Shown here in pieces: positions 23,230 through 36,500 of a DNA stretch of 64,000 nt. A model generated the notes under the pieces. That model was not told where the DNA came from, ran no database searches, and saw only the letters and a program-made list of their open reading frames with translations. Position 1 is the first letter of the stretch, and the number at the start of each line of letters is the position of its first letter. A program made the translations under genes and the position numbers. The stretch comes from Eledone cirrhosa. Its lineage: Eukaryota. The stretch spans positions 27,900,001 to 27,964,000 of the forward strand of contig OZ024747.1 of the NCBI GenBank assembly GCA_964016885.1. Reading direction: 5' to 3'.

Positions 23230-23976
23230 GTGGGTTTCTACAGTTTTTTAGTGCAGAGGTGACAGATCTTTCAAGTAAATGAAAATATTTCATCCAGTTC
23301 ACTAGATTCATTTCACATGCTCTGGTAGAAATATTTTCATTTTACACATATTTTTATGTTTTTATACATATATTTATTCTACCAAGTGTCTTCTCTTTTC
23401 ACCATATCTTATTTGCCTTGTTCTGTTTGTGTCATCATCATCATTTAACCCCTGTTTTCCAAGCTGACATGGGTTGGATGGATTGTCATGGGACTAGATG
23501 AGTCAGAGAATCATATTTGGCTTGGTTTCTATGACTGGATGCCCTTCCTAATGTCAACCACTTTACAGTGTACTGGGTTTGTTTTAGCATGACACCAACA
23601 CTTCCATTTTTCAAAGCGTACTGGTTGTATTTATTGTGGCACCAGCACTACCACTTTACTGAGTGTACTGGGTGCATATAAAAACCTCCCATTATAAATT
23701 TTAAATGCCAGCTTAATATTACTAAATTGACTAATTTCAAAATGATTTGAAAATCATAGGCAGTGTCTTTCAATAAAAATATGGTAAAAAAAGGGTTAAA
23801 GATTTGAGAACTACCGTATTTCTTGGCGCCGAAGACGCTTCGTCCTTGAGGACACACCATAATTTTGGAGGTTGATAAAATAAAGCACCACTTGGATCAA
23901 TTCAATCGACTTTCCCCTCTCCCAAATTGTTGGCCTTGTGCCTTAATCAGAAGCCACTATTATTATTATTATTATT

Positions 23977-24165
23977 AGGGTGGTTGATTGACACAATCAT
24001 TAGTGTATTGGATGAAATGCAATGCAATATTTCGTTATAGCTCTCTATGTTCTGCTTTCAAATCCCACCAAGGTCAGCTTTACCTTTCTTCCTTTCAGGG
24101 GGTCAATAAAATAAAGTAGTATTGGGGTTGGTATAATCGACTTTCCACTTCCACTCAAAATTATT
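23977..24165 (+). mobile_element. Older, diverged SINE family A copy
   Basis: Shares ttcaaatcccacc.aggt and cctttc.tcctttc.gggggtc.ataaaataaagta with 2541-2726. Confidence 0.65.
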
Positions 24166-24184
24166 ACTACTACTGTTGTTGTAG

Positions 24185-24328
24185 CTTATTGATACAGTGA
24201 AACTTGAGATTGTTGAACTGAAGAAAGAGGTGTCTAGCTATGAGGAACAATTGAAAACTGTTGAAGATGTGATTACCACCTATACTAATGAGTTGAAGGA
24301 AGTTGAGGAAAAGTTAACCATATGTCAG
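24185..24328 (+). CDS. SMC2: SMC2 exon 19 (LIDTVKLEIVELKKEVSSYEEQL...LTICQ)
   Basis: ttgtag| and |gtaggt; 144 nt. Confidence 0.9.
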
Positions 24329-24643
24329 GTAGGTTATAGTAACCCTTTCATGTAGCCTGCACTGCATTGTTTATTTATGTGACAGAAAAATGTTTATATT
24401 TGTGATATGACAGTGTTTACATACCTGTGACATGACAGTGTTAACATATCTGTGACATGACAGTACTGTTCCTTTTTGTGACAGGCTGATGTTATATATG
24501 TGTGTGTGTGACATGACTGCATTTACATATCTGACAAGGCAATTTTATTTATATATGTGACGTGACTGTTGTTTATATATCTGGGACAGGGCAATGTTAA
24601 CATTTGTGATGTGACAGGCATGTGTTGTTTCTATTTGTGGCAG

Positions 24644-24838
24644 GCATCTGTAAAAGAGGCACAAGAGAATGTAAATAAGCAGAAGGCGCTATTGAACGCC
24701 TGTACCAATGAAATACGAGCTGCTAACAGAAGTCTGAAAAATCTCCAAGATAAGGCAAATAAAATTGAACTTGAGAACAAGGAATTGGAACATAAACGCA
24801 GCAAGTTACAGAAGGAATCTAAAGACACAACATCACAG
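24644..24838 (+). CDS. SMC2: SMC2 exon 20 (ASVKEAQENVNKQK...KELEHK...DTTSQ)
   Basis: tttgtggcag| and |gtaagt; 195 nt. Confidence 0.92.
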
Positions 24839-24888
24839 GTAAGTCACTGTGTCTCCTGGTGGATAGGGTTCCTTTTTTTTACAATCGT

Positions 24889-25510
24889 TAATCCTTTTGA
24901 TGCCAAGCCACTTGAAAAAAATGCCCCTGGTTCTGTACTACAAAACTTATGTAAGAAACTTTATGTTCCAAACATAAGCTTGATAATGAGAAAGTTATTT
25001 TACTAGATCCCTCCAAATTCTTGATTATTTTCTAAATTGTATGAAAATCATATTGTCTTGTTAAAACTATAGTAATGAATGGGTTATGGTTGTTCAGTGT
25101 CTTATGATGAGGCTGTAATAATATTAGATGTAGCAGCTTTTTAACAAGAGTATCAGAATGTATAACATATAGTACTTTGGTCTGGTATAGTATAACACCA
25201 GATTATAGAACTTACAGTATTTAGGTTTGATATAGTACAGCACTAAACTGTATAATAGTATTTAACCATTTCATTTTCATATTTCTAATGAAAGGTACTT
25301 TCTAAGATTTTTCAAATAATTTTTTAAATAATCAATAATTTTTAGGGATTTAGTAATGTAGCTAACTTTCATATGATTAAACTGGTGTTTGGAACATAAT
25401 TTACCAAAGGTTCTTATATAAAATTATTATAGAAACTTTGTAGATAAATATAGACACTTTAAGTTTTGTGACAATAGAATGGGGGACAGTTTGATATCAG
25501 ATGGGTTAAC
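24889..25510. mobile_element. Copies of a TTAA-bounded (piggyBac-like) MITE family; related fragments near 7770-8010, 12243-12446, 14740-14903, 20590-20785 and 23680-23800
   Basis: Recurrent motifs aaaaccttccatca, ttccaaacaccag, tttgaaaatcatagg and ends ttaa-cc(c)ttt ... gggttaa. Confidence 0.55.
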
Positions 25511-25777
25511 CTTTTTATGGCAGTATTTCTAATGAACAGCACTCTATTTCACTTAATTAATGAGGAAGTTTGAGGGAATTACCAAAATTATTATTACTAA
25601 GATAGTTAACTTAACATGTGATTCTTATATAAAATTATGTTGGAAAATCTTAATTAAAAATAGGAACCCTCTAAAATTTTATTGAATTAAAGCTAGTTGT
25701 TATCAAGTGTTAACGACTAGGTGACATACCTTCACTAAGAAACCATATCAATGTGTTTGTGTATCTTTGTTAAACAG

Positions 25778-25978
25778 GTTGAAAACTGGCTGAAGAAATA
25801 CGTGTGGATTGTTGATGAGAAGAAGTTCTTTGGTAAACCAAACACAGAATATGACTTTACTGTTAATGACCCAGTTGCTGCTGAACAGAGGATTCATTCG
25901 TTAATGGAAATTAAAGACAAGTTGGGTCACAACATCAACATGCGGGCCATGAATATGTTAGAGAAGGCAGAGGAAGAG
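25778..25978 (+). CDS. SMC2: SMC2 exon 21 (VENWLKKYVWI...FGKPNTEYDF...NINMRAMNMLEKAEEE)
   Basis: Conserved WI..E...FG.PN..YDF and N.NMRAMN; aaacag| and |gtgggt; 201 nt. Confidence 0.96.
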
Positions 25979-26364
25979 GTGGGTATTTGAGGCAAACTTC
26001 TTTGGTGTTGGGCCTCTTTTTTCCTTCTCCTTTTTTTCTCTTTCCTTTGGAGTGAATCATCAACTACAACATGTATTGAGTACTCTTTCTGTCATTTGTA
26101 TTTCTAAAAGTAAATGTGTGGGTATAAATATATGTATGTATACATACACAAATTTTTATATGCTTATATGAGATAAAAAAAGAAAGAGTAAGAAAGTTTT
26201 ATTCTATGTTTCCGTGTTGTAATGTAATGATTGTCTACCCAGCGTAATGACTTGATGGCTAATGCATTAATTGTCTTTTCAGTGTAATGATCTGATTGTT
26301 AATGTTATGTCTTCCTTTTGCATTGGTCTGATGACTAATGTAATGTCTTTCCCATGTAATAATC

Positions 26365-26790
26365 TCATCATCATTACTGTTTTTATGTCTGTATTTTCAT
26401 GGTTGCATGGGTGGGACGGGTCCTTTTCAGCACAATTTGAGATCAGCTCTCACCACCTCTGCTCAGATCTTCCTTGGTCTACCTCTACTGTGGCTTCCTT
26501 CTACTGAGATTTCCTTAGTTACTTCATTTGTCTCCAGGCTACTGATGCCCTCTGCAGTCACTGCCCATGTTCCACTGCTAAGCAGCATCACACTTTGCAT
26601 ACAGGTATCATACAGTTCTTTTGTATGTAGGGAGAAACCTTTTGTTGTCAACAGTGGGAGTAGCTCTCTAAACTTCCTTCATTCCATCCTATCCTTATTC
26701 TAGCTATTATGCTCTCAGAGCATCTTCCTCCACTGCTAATTAGGTCACCTAGATAGCAGAAGCTATCAACCACTTCTATGAATCCTTCCT
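26365..26790 (-). mobile_element. Degenerate RTE-type LINE 3' remnant interrupting the old end of the 36-bp satellite
   Basis: ORF 26463-26651 TKGFSLHTKELYDTCMQSVMLLSSGTWAV...VEGSHSRGRPRKI; same family as 13530-14087. Confidence 0.75.
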
Positions 26791-26914
26791 GTGATTGAAA
26801 AAGGTTTATATCCTTGACGCTCTTCCCCCCGATTACCCCTTCTACAATGGCTAATATAATGATTATCTACCCAGAGTAATGATCTGATAGCAAAAGTAAT
26901 GATTGTCTTTTTAA

Positions 26915-29900
26915 TGTAATGATCTGATGGCTAATGTTATGACATCCCAGTGTAATGATCTGATAGCTAATGTTATGACATCCTGGTGTAATGATCTAAT
27001 GGCTAATGTTATGACATCCTGGTGTAATGATCTAATGGCTAATGTTATGACATCCTGATGTAATGGCTAATGTTATGACATCTTGGTGTAATGATCTGAT
27101 GGCTAATGTTATGACATCTTGGTGTAATGATCTGATGGCTAATGTTATGACATCTTGGTGTAATGATCTAATGGCTAATGTTATGACATCCTGGTGTAAT
27201 GATCTAATGGCTAATGTTATGACATCCTGATGTAATGGCTAATGTTATGACATCCTGGTGTAATGATCTAATGGCTAATGTTATGACATCCTGGTGTAAT
27301 GATCTAATAGCTAATGTTATGACATCCTGGTGTAATGATCTAATGGCTAATGTTATGACATCCTGGTGTAATGATCTAATGGCTAATGTTATGACATCCT
27401 GGTGTAATGATCTAATGTTATGACCTCTTGGTGTAATGATCTAATGGCTAATGTTATGACATCCTGGTGTAATGATCTAATGGCTAATGTTATGACATCC
27501 TGGTGTAATGATCTAATGTTATGACCTCTTGGTGTAATGATCTAATGGCTAATGTTATGACATCCTGGTGTAATGATCTAATGGCTAATGTTATGACATC
27601 CTGGTGTAATGATCTAATGGCTAATGTTATGACATCCTGGTGTAATGATCTAATGGCTAATGTTATGACATCTTGGTGTAATGATCTAATGGCTAATGTT
27701 ATGACATCCTGGTGTAATGATCTAATGGCTAATGTTATGACATCTTGGTGTAATGATCTGTTATGACATCCTGGTGTAATGATCTAATGGCTAATGTTAT
27801 GACATCCTGGTGTAATGATCTAATGGCTAATGTTATGACATCCTGGTGTAACGATCTAATGGCTAATGTTATGACATCCTGGTGTAATGATCTAATGGCT
27901 AATGTTATGACATCCTGGTGTAATGATCTAATGTTATGACCTCTTGGTGTAATGATCTAATGGCTAATCTTATGACATCCTGGTGTAATGATCTAATGGC
28001 TAATGTTATGACATCCTGGTGTAATGATCTAATGGCTAATGTTATGACATCCTGGTGTAATGATCTAATGGCTAATGTTATGACATCCTGGTGTAATGAT
28101 CTAATGGCTAATGTTATGACATCCTGGTGTAATGATCTAATGTTATGACCTCTTGGTGTAATGATCTAATGGCTAATGTTATGACATCCTGGTGTAATGA
28201 TCTAATGGCTAATGTTATGACATCCTGGTGTAATGATCTAATGGCTAATGTTATGACATCATGGTGTAATGATCTAATGGCTAATGTTATGATATCCTGG
28301 TGTAATGATCTAATGTTAAGACCTCTTGGTGTAATGATCTAATGGCTAATGTTATGACATCCTGGTGTAATGATCTAATGGCTAATGTTATGACATCCTG
28401 GTGTAATGATCTAATGGCTAATGTTATGACATCCTGGAGTAATGATCTAATGTTATGACCTCTTGGTGTAATGATCTAATGGCTAATGTTATGACATCCT
28501 GGTGTAATGATCTAATGGCTAATGTTATGACATCCTGGTGTAATGATCTAATGGCTAATGTTATGACATCCTGGTGTAATGATCTAATGTTATGACACCC
28601 TGGTGTAATGATCTAATGTTATGACATCCTGGTGTAATGATCTAATGGCTAATGTTATGACATCTTGGTGTAATGATCTAATGGCTAATGTTATGACATC
28701 TTGGTGTAATGATCTAATGGCTAATGTTATGACATCCTGGTGTAATGATCTAATGTTATGACATCCTGGTGTAATGATCTAATGGCTAATGTAATGACAT
28801 CCTGGTCTAATGATCCAATGTTATGACATCCTGGTGTAATGATCTAATGGCTAATGTTATGACATCTTGGTGTAATGATCTAATGGCTAATGTTATGACA
28901 TCCTGGTGTAATGATCTAATGTTATGACATCCTGGTGTAATGATCTAATGGCTAATGTTATGACATCTTGGTTTAATGATCTAATGTTATGACATCCTGG
29001 TGTAATGATCTAATGGCTAATGTTATGACATCCTGGTGTAATGATCTAATGGCTAATGTTATGACATCCTGGTGTAATGATCTAATGGCTAATGTTATGA
29101 CATCCTGATGTAATGATCTAATGGCTAATGTTATGACATCTTGGTGTAATGATCTAATGGCTAATGTTATGACATCCTGGTGTAATGATCTAATGTTATG
29201 ACCTCTTGGTGTAATGATCTAATGGCTAATGTTATGACATCCTGGTGTAATGATCTAATGTTATGACATCCTGGTGTAATGATCTAATGGCTAATGTTAT
29301 GACATCCTGGTGTAATGATCTAATGGCTAATGTTATGACATCCTGGTGTAATGATCTAATGGCTAATGTTATGACATCCTGGTGTAATGATCTAATGGCT
29401 AATGTTATGACATCTTGGTGTAATGATCTAATGGCTAATGTTATGACATCCTGGTGTAATGATCTAATGTTATGACCTCTTGGTGTAATGATCTAATGGC
29501 TAATGTTATGACATCCTGGTGTAATGATCTAATGGCTAATGTTATGACATCTTGGTGTAATGATCTAATGTTATGACATCCTGGTGTAATGATCTAATGG
29601 CTAATGTTATGACATCCTGGTGTAATGATCTAATGGCTAATGTTATGACATCCTGGTGTAATGATCTAATGGCTAATGTTATGACATCCTGGTGTAATGA
29701 TCTAATGTTATGACCTCTTGGTGTAATGATCTAATGGCTAATGTTATGACATCCTGGTGTAATGATCTAATGGCTAATGTTATGACATCCTGGTGTAATG
29801 ATCTAATGTTATGATCTCTTGGTGTAATGATCTAATGGCTAATGTTATGACATCCTGGTGTAATGATCTAATGGCTAATGTTATGACATCCTGGTGTAAT

Positions 29901-32900
29901 GATCTAATGGCTAATGTTATGACATCCTGATGTAATGGCTAATGTTATGACATCTTGGTGTAATGATCTGATGGCTAATGTTATGACATCTTGGTGTAAT
30001 GATCTAATGGCTAATGTTATGACATCCTGGTGTAATGATCTAATGGCTAATGTTATGACATCCTGATGTAATGGCTAATGTTATGACATCCTGGTGTAAT
30101 GATCTAATGGCTAATGTTTTGACAACCTGGTGTAATGATCTAATGGCTAATGTTTTGACAACCTGGTGTAATGATCTAATGGCTAATGTTATGACATCCT
30201 GGTGTAATGATCTAATGGCTAATGTTATGACATCCTGGTGTAATGATCTAATGGCTAATGTTATGACATCCTGGTGTAATGATCTAATGGCTAATGTTAT
30301 GACATCCTGATGTAATGGCTAATGTTATGACATCTTGGTGTAATGATCTAATGGCTAATGTTATGACATCTTGGTGTAATGATCTAATGGCTAATGTTAT
30401 GACATCCTGGTGTAATGATCTAATGGCTAATGTTATGACATCCTGATGTAATGGCTAATGTTATGACATCCTGGTGTAATGATCTAATGGCTAATGTTTT
30501 GACAACCTGGTGTAATGATCTAATGGCTAATGTTATGACATCCTGGTGTAATGATCTAATGGCTAATGTTATGACATCATGGTGTAATGATCTAATGGCT
30601 AATGTTATGACATCCTGGTGTAATGATCTAATGTTATGACCTCTTGGTGTAATGATCTAATGGCTAATGTTATGACATCCTGGTGTAATGATCTAATGGC
30701 TAATGTTATGACATCCTGGTGTAATGATCTAATGGCTAATGTTATGACATCCTGGTGTAATGATCTAATGTTATGACCTCTTGGTGTAATGATCTAATGG
30801 CTAATGTTATGACATCCTGGTGTAATGATCTAATGGCTAATGTTATGACATCCTGGTGTAATGATCTAATGTTATGACATCCTGGTGTAATGATCTAATG
30901 GCTAATGTTATGACATCCTGGTGTAATGATCTAATGGCTAATGTTATGACATCCTGGTGTAATGATCTAATGGCTAATGTTATGACATCTTGGTGTAATG
31001 ATCTAATGTTATGACATCCTGGTGTAATGATCTAATGGCTAATGTAATGACATCCTGGTGTAATGATCCAATGTTATGACATCCTGGTGTAATGATCTAA
31101 TGTTATGACATCTTGGTGTAATGATCTAATGGCTAATGTTATGACATCCTGGTGTAATGATCTAATGGCTAATGTTATGACATCTTGGTGTAATGATCTA
31201 ATGTTATGACATCCTGGTGTAATGATCTAATGGCTAATGTTATGACATCCTGGTGTAATGATCTAATGGCTAATGTTATGACATCCTGGTGTAATGATCT
31301 AATGGCTAATGTTATGACATCCTGGTGTAATGATCTAATGGCTAATGTTATGACATCCTGGTGTAATGATCTAATGGCTAATGTTATGACATCCTGGTGT
31401 AATGATCTAATGGCTAATGTTATGACATCTTGGTGTAATGATCTAATGGCTAATGTTATGACATCCTGGTGTAATGATCTAATGTTATGACCTCTTGGTG
31501 TAATGATCTAATGGCTAATGTTATGACATCCTGGTGTAATGATCTAATGGCTAATGTTATGACATCCTGGTGTAATGATCTAATGGCTAATGTTATGACA
31601 TCTTGGTGTAATGATCTAATGTTATGACATCCTGGTGTAATGATCTAATGGCTAATGTTATGACATCCTGGTGTAATGATCTAATGGCTAATGTTATGAC
31701 ATCCTGGTGTAATGATCTAATGGCTAATGTTATGACATCTTGGTGTAATGATCTAATGGCTAATATTATGACATCTTGGTGTAATGATCTAATGTTATGA
31801 CATCCTGGTGTAATGATTTAGTGGCTAATGTTATGACATCCTGGTGTAATGATCTAATGGCTAATGTTATGACATCCTGGTGTAATGATCTAATGGCTAA
31901 TGTTATGACATCTTGGTGTAATGATCTAATGTTATGACATCCTGGTGTAATGATCTAATGGCTAATGTTATGACATCCTGGTGTAATGATCTAATGTTAT
32001 GACCTCTTGGTGTAATGATCTAATGGCTAATGTTATGACATCCTGGTGTAATGATCTAATGGCTAATGTTATGACATCCTGGTGTAATGATCTAATGGCT
32101 AATGTTATGACATCTTGGTGTAATGATCTAATGGCTAATGTTATGACATCCTGGTGTAATGATCTAATGTTATGACATGCTGGTGTAAATGATCTAATGG
32201 CTAATGTTATGACATCCTGGTGTAATGTTCTAATGTTATGACATCCTGGTGTAATGATCTAATGGCTAATGTTATGACATCTTGGTGTAATGATCTAATG
32301 GCTAATGTTATGACATCCTGGTGTAATGATCTAATGTTATGACATCCTGGTGTAATGATCTAATGGCTAATGTTATGACATCTTGGTGTAATGATCTAAT
32401 GTTATGACATCCTGGTTGGCTAATGTTATGACATCCTGGTGTAATGATCTAATGGCTAATGTTGACATCCTGGTGTAATGATCTAATGGCTAATGTTATG
32501 ACATCCTGGTGTAATGATCTAATGGCTAATGTTATGACATCTTGGTGTAATGATCTAATGGCTAATGTTATGACATCTTGGTGTAATGATCTAATGTTAT
32601 GACATCCTGGTGTAATGATCTAATGGCTAATGTTATGACATCCTGGTGTAATGATCTAATGGCTAATGTTATGACATCCTGGTGTAATGATCTAATGGCT
32701 AATGTTATGACATCCTGGTGTAATGATCTAATGGCTAATGTTATGACATCTTGGTGTAATGATCTAATGGCTAATGTTATGACATCCTGGTGTAATGATC
32801 TAATGTTATGACATCCTAGTGTAATGATCTAATGGCTAATGTTATGACATCTTGGTGTAATGATCTAATGTTATGACATCCTGGTGTAATTATCTAATGG

Positions 32901-33328
32901 CTAATGTTATGACATCCTGGTGTAATGATCTAATGGCTAATGTTATGACATCCTGGTGTAATGATCTAATGGCTAATGTTATGACATCTTGGTGTAATGA
33001 TCTAATGGCTAATGTTATGACATCCTGGTGTAATGATCTGATGGTTAATGTTATGACCTCTTGGTGTAATGATCTGATGGTTAATGTTATGACATCATTG
33101 TGTAATGATCTGATTGCTAATGTTATGAGATCCTGTGTAATGATCTAATGGCTAATGTTATGACCTCTTGGTGTAATGATCTGATGGTTAATGTTATGAC
33201 CTCTTGGTGTAATGATCTGATGGTTAATGTTATGACATCATTGTGTAATGATCTGATTGCTAATGTTATGAGATCCTGTGTAATGATCTGATGGCTAATG
33301 TTATGTTATGTAATGATTGTTTCCCCAG
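26915..33328 (+). repeat. 36-bp satellite TGTAATGATCTAATGGCTAATGTTATGACATCCTGG with interspersed 29-bp deletion variants (roughly 185 units)
   Basis: Direct observation. Homogeneous core, degenerate edges, further decayed copies at 26222-26362 and 26847-26914. Confidence 0.97.
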
Positions 33329-33454
33329 TGTAATGATCTGATGAATAAAAGGAAAATAGTTTTAAATGACAAGATGAAGATTGCTCAAGTTATTGCTGAG
33401 CTGGATGAAATGAAAAAAGAAGCCCTGAAGAAGGCCTGGGAGCAGGTTAATAAG
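33329..33454 (+). CDS. SMC2: SMC2 exon 22 (CNDLMNKRKIVLNDKMKI...LDEMKKEALKKAWEQVNK)
   Basis: Conserved IV.NDK.KI...LD..K..AL..AW..VNK; tttccccag| and |gtaaga; 126 nt, sandwiched between two satellites. Confidence 0.96.
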
Positions 33455-33504
33455 GTAAGAACATACTATGGTTGTAATACTTTGTACGGGGTATTGGAGA
33501 TGTG

Positions 33505-36500
33505 GGATGTACAGTTATGATATTGGTGTACTGGGATGTTGTTGGGTGTAGAATGAAGGTACTATAGAACTGATGATGTTGTTGGGTGTACAGTCAGGAT
33601 ATTGGTATACTGGGGTTGTTGTTGGGTGTACTGGGGATGTTGTGTGGTGTACTGGGAATATTGTGGGGTGTATAATCAGGATATTGGTGTACAGTCAGGA
33701 TATTGGTGTACTGGGGTGTTGTGGAGTGTATAGTCAGGATATTTGTGTACTGGGGATGTTGTGTGGTGTACAGTCAGGATATTGGTGTACTGGGGATGTT
33801 GTGTGGTGTACAGTCAGGATATTGGTGTACTGGGGATGTTGTGTGGTGTACAGTCAGGATATTGGTGTACTGGGGATGTTGTGGAGTGTATAGTCAGGAT
33901 ATTGGTGTACTGGGGTGTTGTGTGGTGTATAGTCTGGATATTGGTGTACTGGGATGTTGTGTGGTGTATAGTCAGGATATTGGTGTACTGGGGTGTTGTG
34001 GAGTGTATAGTCAGGATATTGGTGTACTGGGGTGTTGTGGAGTGTATAGTCAGGATATTGGTGTACTGGGGATGTTGTGTGGTGTACAGTCAGGATATTG
34101 GTGTACTGGGGTATTGTGGAGTGTATAGTCAGGATATTGGTGTACTGGGGTGTTGTGGAGTGTATAGTCAGGATATTGGTGTACTGGGGATGTTGTGTGG
34201 TGTACAGTCAGGATATTGGTGTACTGGGGATGTTGTGTGGTGTACAGTCAGGATATTGGTGTACTGGGGTGTTGTGGAGTGTATAGTCAGGATATTGGTG
34301 TACTGGGGTGTTGTGGAGTGTATAGTCAGGATATTGGTGTACTGGGGTGTTGTGGAGTGTATAGTCAGGATATTGGTGTACTGGGGATGTTGTGTGGTGT
34401 ACAGTCAGGATATTGGTGTACTGGGGATGTTGTGGAGTGTATAGTCAGGATATTGGTGTACTGGGAATATTGTGGGGTGTATAATCAGGATATTGGTGTA
34501 CTAGGGATGTTGTGTGGTGTATAGTCAGGATATTGGTGTACTGGGGTGTTGTGGAGTGTATAGTCAGGATATTGGTGTACTGGGGTGTTGTGTGGTGTAT
34601 AGTCAGGATATTGGTGTACTGGGGATGTTGTGTGGTGTATAGTCAGGATATTGGTGTACTGGGGATGTTGTGTGGGGTACAGTCAGGATATTGGTGTACT
34701 GGGGTGTTGTGGAGTGTATAGTCAGGATATTGGTGTACTGGGGATGTTGTGGAGTGTATAGTCAGGATATTGGTGTACTGGGGTGTTGTGGAGTGTATTG
34801 TCAGGATATTGGTGTACTGGGGTGTTGTGGAGTGTATAGTCAGGATATTGGTGTACTGGGGATGTTGTGGAGTGTATAGTAAGGATATTGGTGTACTGGG
34901 GATGTTGTGTGGTGTACAGTCAGGATATTGGTGTACTGGGGATGTTGTGTGGTGTACAGTCAGGATATTGGTGTACTGGGGTGTTGTGGAGTGTATAGTC
35001 AGGATATTGGTGTACTGGGGTGTTGTGGGGTGTATAGTCAGGATATTGGTGGACTGGGAATGTTGTGGAATGTATAGTCAGGATATTGGTGTACTGGGAA
35101 TGTTGTGGAGTGTACAGTCAGGATATTGGTGTACTGGGGTGTTGTGGGGTGTATAGTCAGGATATTGGTGGACTGGGAATGTTGTGGAGTGTATAGTCAG
35201 GATAGGATATTGGTGTACTGGGGTGTTGTGGAGTGTATAGTCAGGATATTGGTGTACTGGGAATGTTGTGGAGTGTATAGTCAGGATATTGGTGTACTGG
35301 GGATGTTGTGGAGTGTATAGTCAGGATATTGGTGGACTGGGGATGTTGTGTGGTGTATAGTCAGGATATTGGTGTACTGGGGATGTTGTGGAGTGTATAG
35401 TCAGGATATTGGTGTACTGGGGATGTTGTGGAGTGTATAGTTAGGATATTGGTGTACTGGGGATGTTGTGGAGTGTACAGTCAGGATATTGGTGTACTGG
35501 GGATGTTGTGGAGTGTATAGTCAGGATATTTGTGTACTGGGGATCTTGTGGAGTGTATAGTCAGGATATTGGTGTACTGGGGATGTTGTGGAGTGTACAG
35601 TCAGGATATTTGTGTACTGGGGATGTTGTGGAGTGTATAGTCAGGATATTGGTGTACTGGGGTGTTGTGGAGTGTATAGTCAGGATATTGGTGTACTGGG
35701 GTGTTGTGGAGTGTATAGTCAGGATATTGGTGTACTGGGATATTGTGGGGTGTATAGTCAGGATATTTGTGTACTGGGGATGTTGTGGAGTGTATAGTCA
35801 GGATATTGGTGTACTGGGGATGTTGTGGAGTGTATAGTCAGGATATTGGTGTACTGGGATATTGTGGAGTGTATAGTCAGGATATTTGTGTACTGGGGAT
35901 GTTGTGGAGTGTATAGTCAGGATATTGGTGTACTGGGGATGTTGTGTGGTGTATAGTCAGGATATTGGTGTACTGGGGTGTTGTGGGGTGTATAGTCAGG
36001 ATATTGGTGTACTGGGGATGTTGTGGAGTGTATAGTCAGGATATTGGTGTACTGGGGATGTTGTGGAGTGTATAGTCAGGATATTGGTGTACTGGGGTGT
36101 TGTGGAGTGTATAGTCAGGATATTGGTGTACTGGGGTGTTGTGGGGTGTATAGTCAGGATATTGGTGTACTGGGGATGTTGTGGAGTGTATAGTCAGGAT
36201 ATTGGTGTACTGGGGATGTTGTGGAGTGTATAGTCAGGATATTGGTGTACTGGGGTGTTGTGGAGTGTATAGTCAGGATATTGGTGTACTGGGGTGTTGT
36301 GTGGTGTATAGTCAGGATATTGGTGTACTGGGGTGTTGTGTGGTGTATAGTCAGGATATTGGTGTACTGGGGATGTTGTGTGGTGTATAGTCAGGATATT
36401 GGTGTACTGGGGATGTTGTGTGGGGTACAGTCAGAATATTGGTGTACTGGGGTGTTGTGGAGTGTATAGTCAGGATATTGGTGTACTGGGGATGTTGTGG

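Larger units (their letters stand above)
4563..33454 (+). other. SMC2: SMC2 gene span within the window (22 coding exons, 1039 aa, 3' exons beyond the window)
   Basis: Walker [11 protein letters not shown]-loop LIMQG, coiled coils and hinge motifs (TLDGD.F.P.GTLTGG). All introns are GT-AG and phases are mutually consistent. Signature/Walker B exons are absent. Confidence 0.97.

Noticed and set aside
27235-33148. ORFs encoding (CNDLMANVMTSW)n
   Set aside because: Translations of the 36-bp satellite, broken by 29-bp units and lying inside an SMC2 intron.
4563-33454. SMC2 as a truncated pseudogene lacking the C-terminal head
   Set aside because: All 22 exons are open and in phase with intact splice sites; the missing exons are expected beyond the satellite, outside the window.
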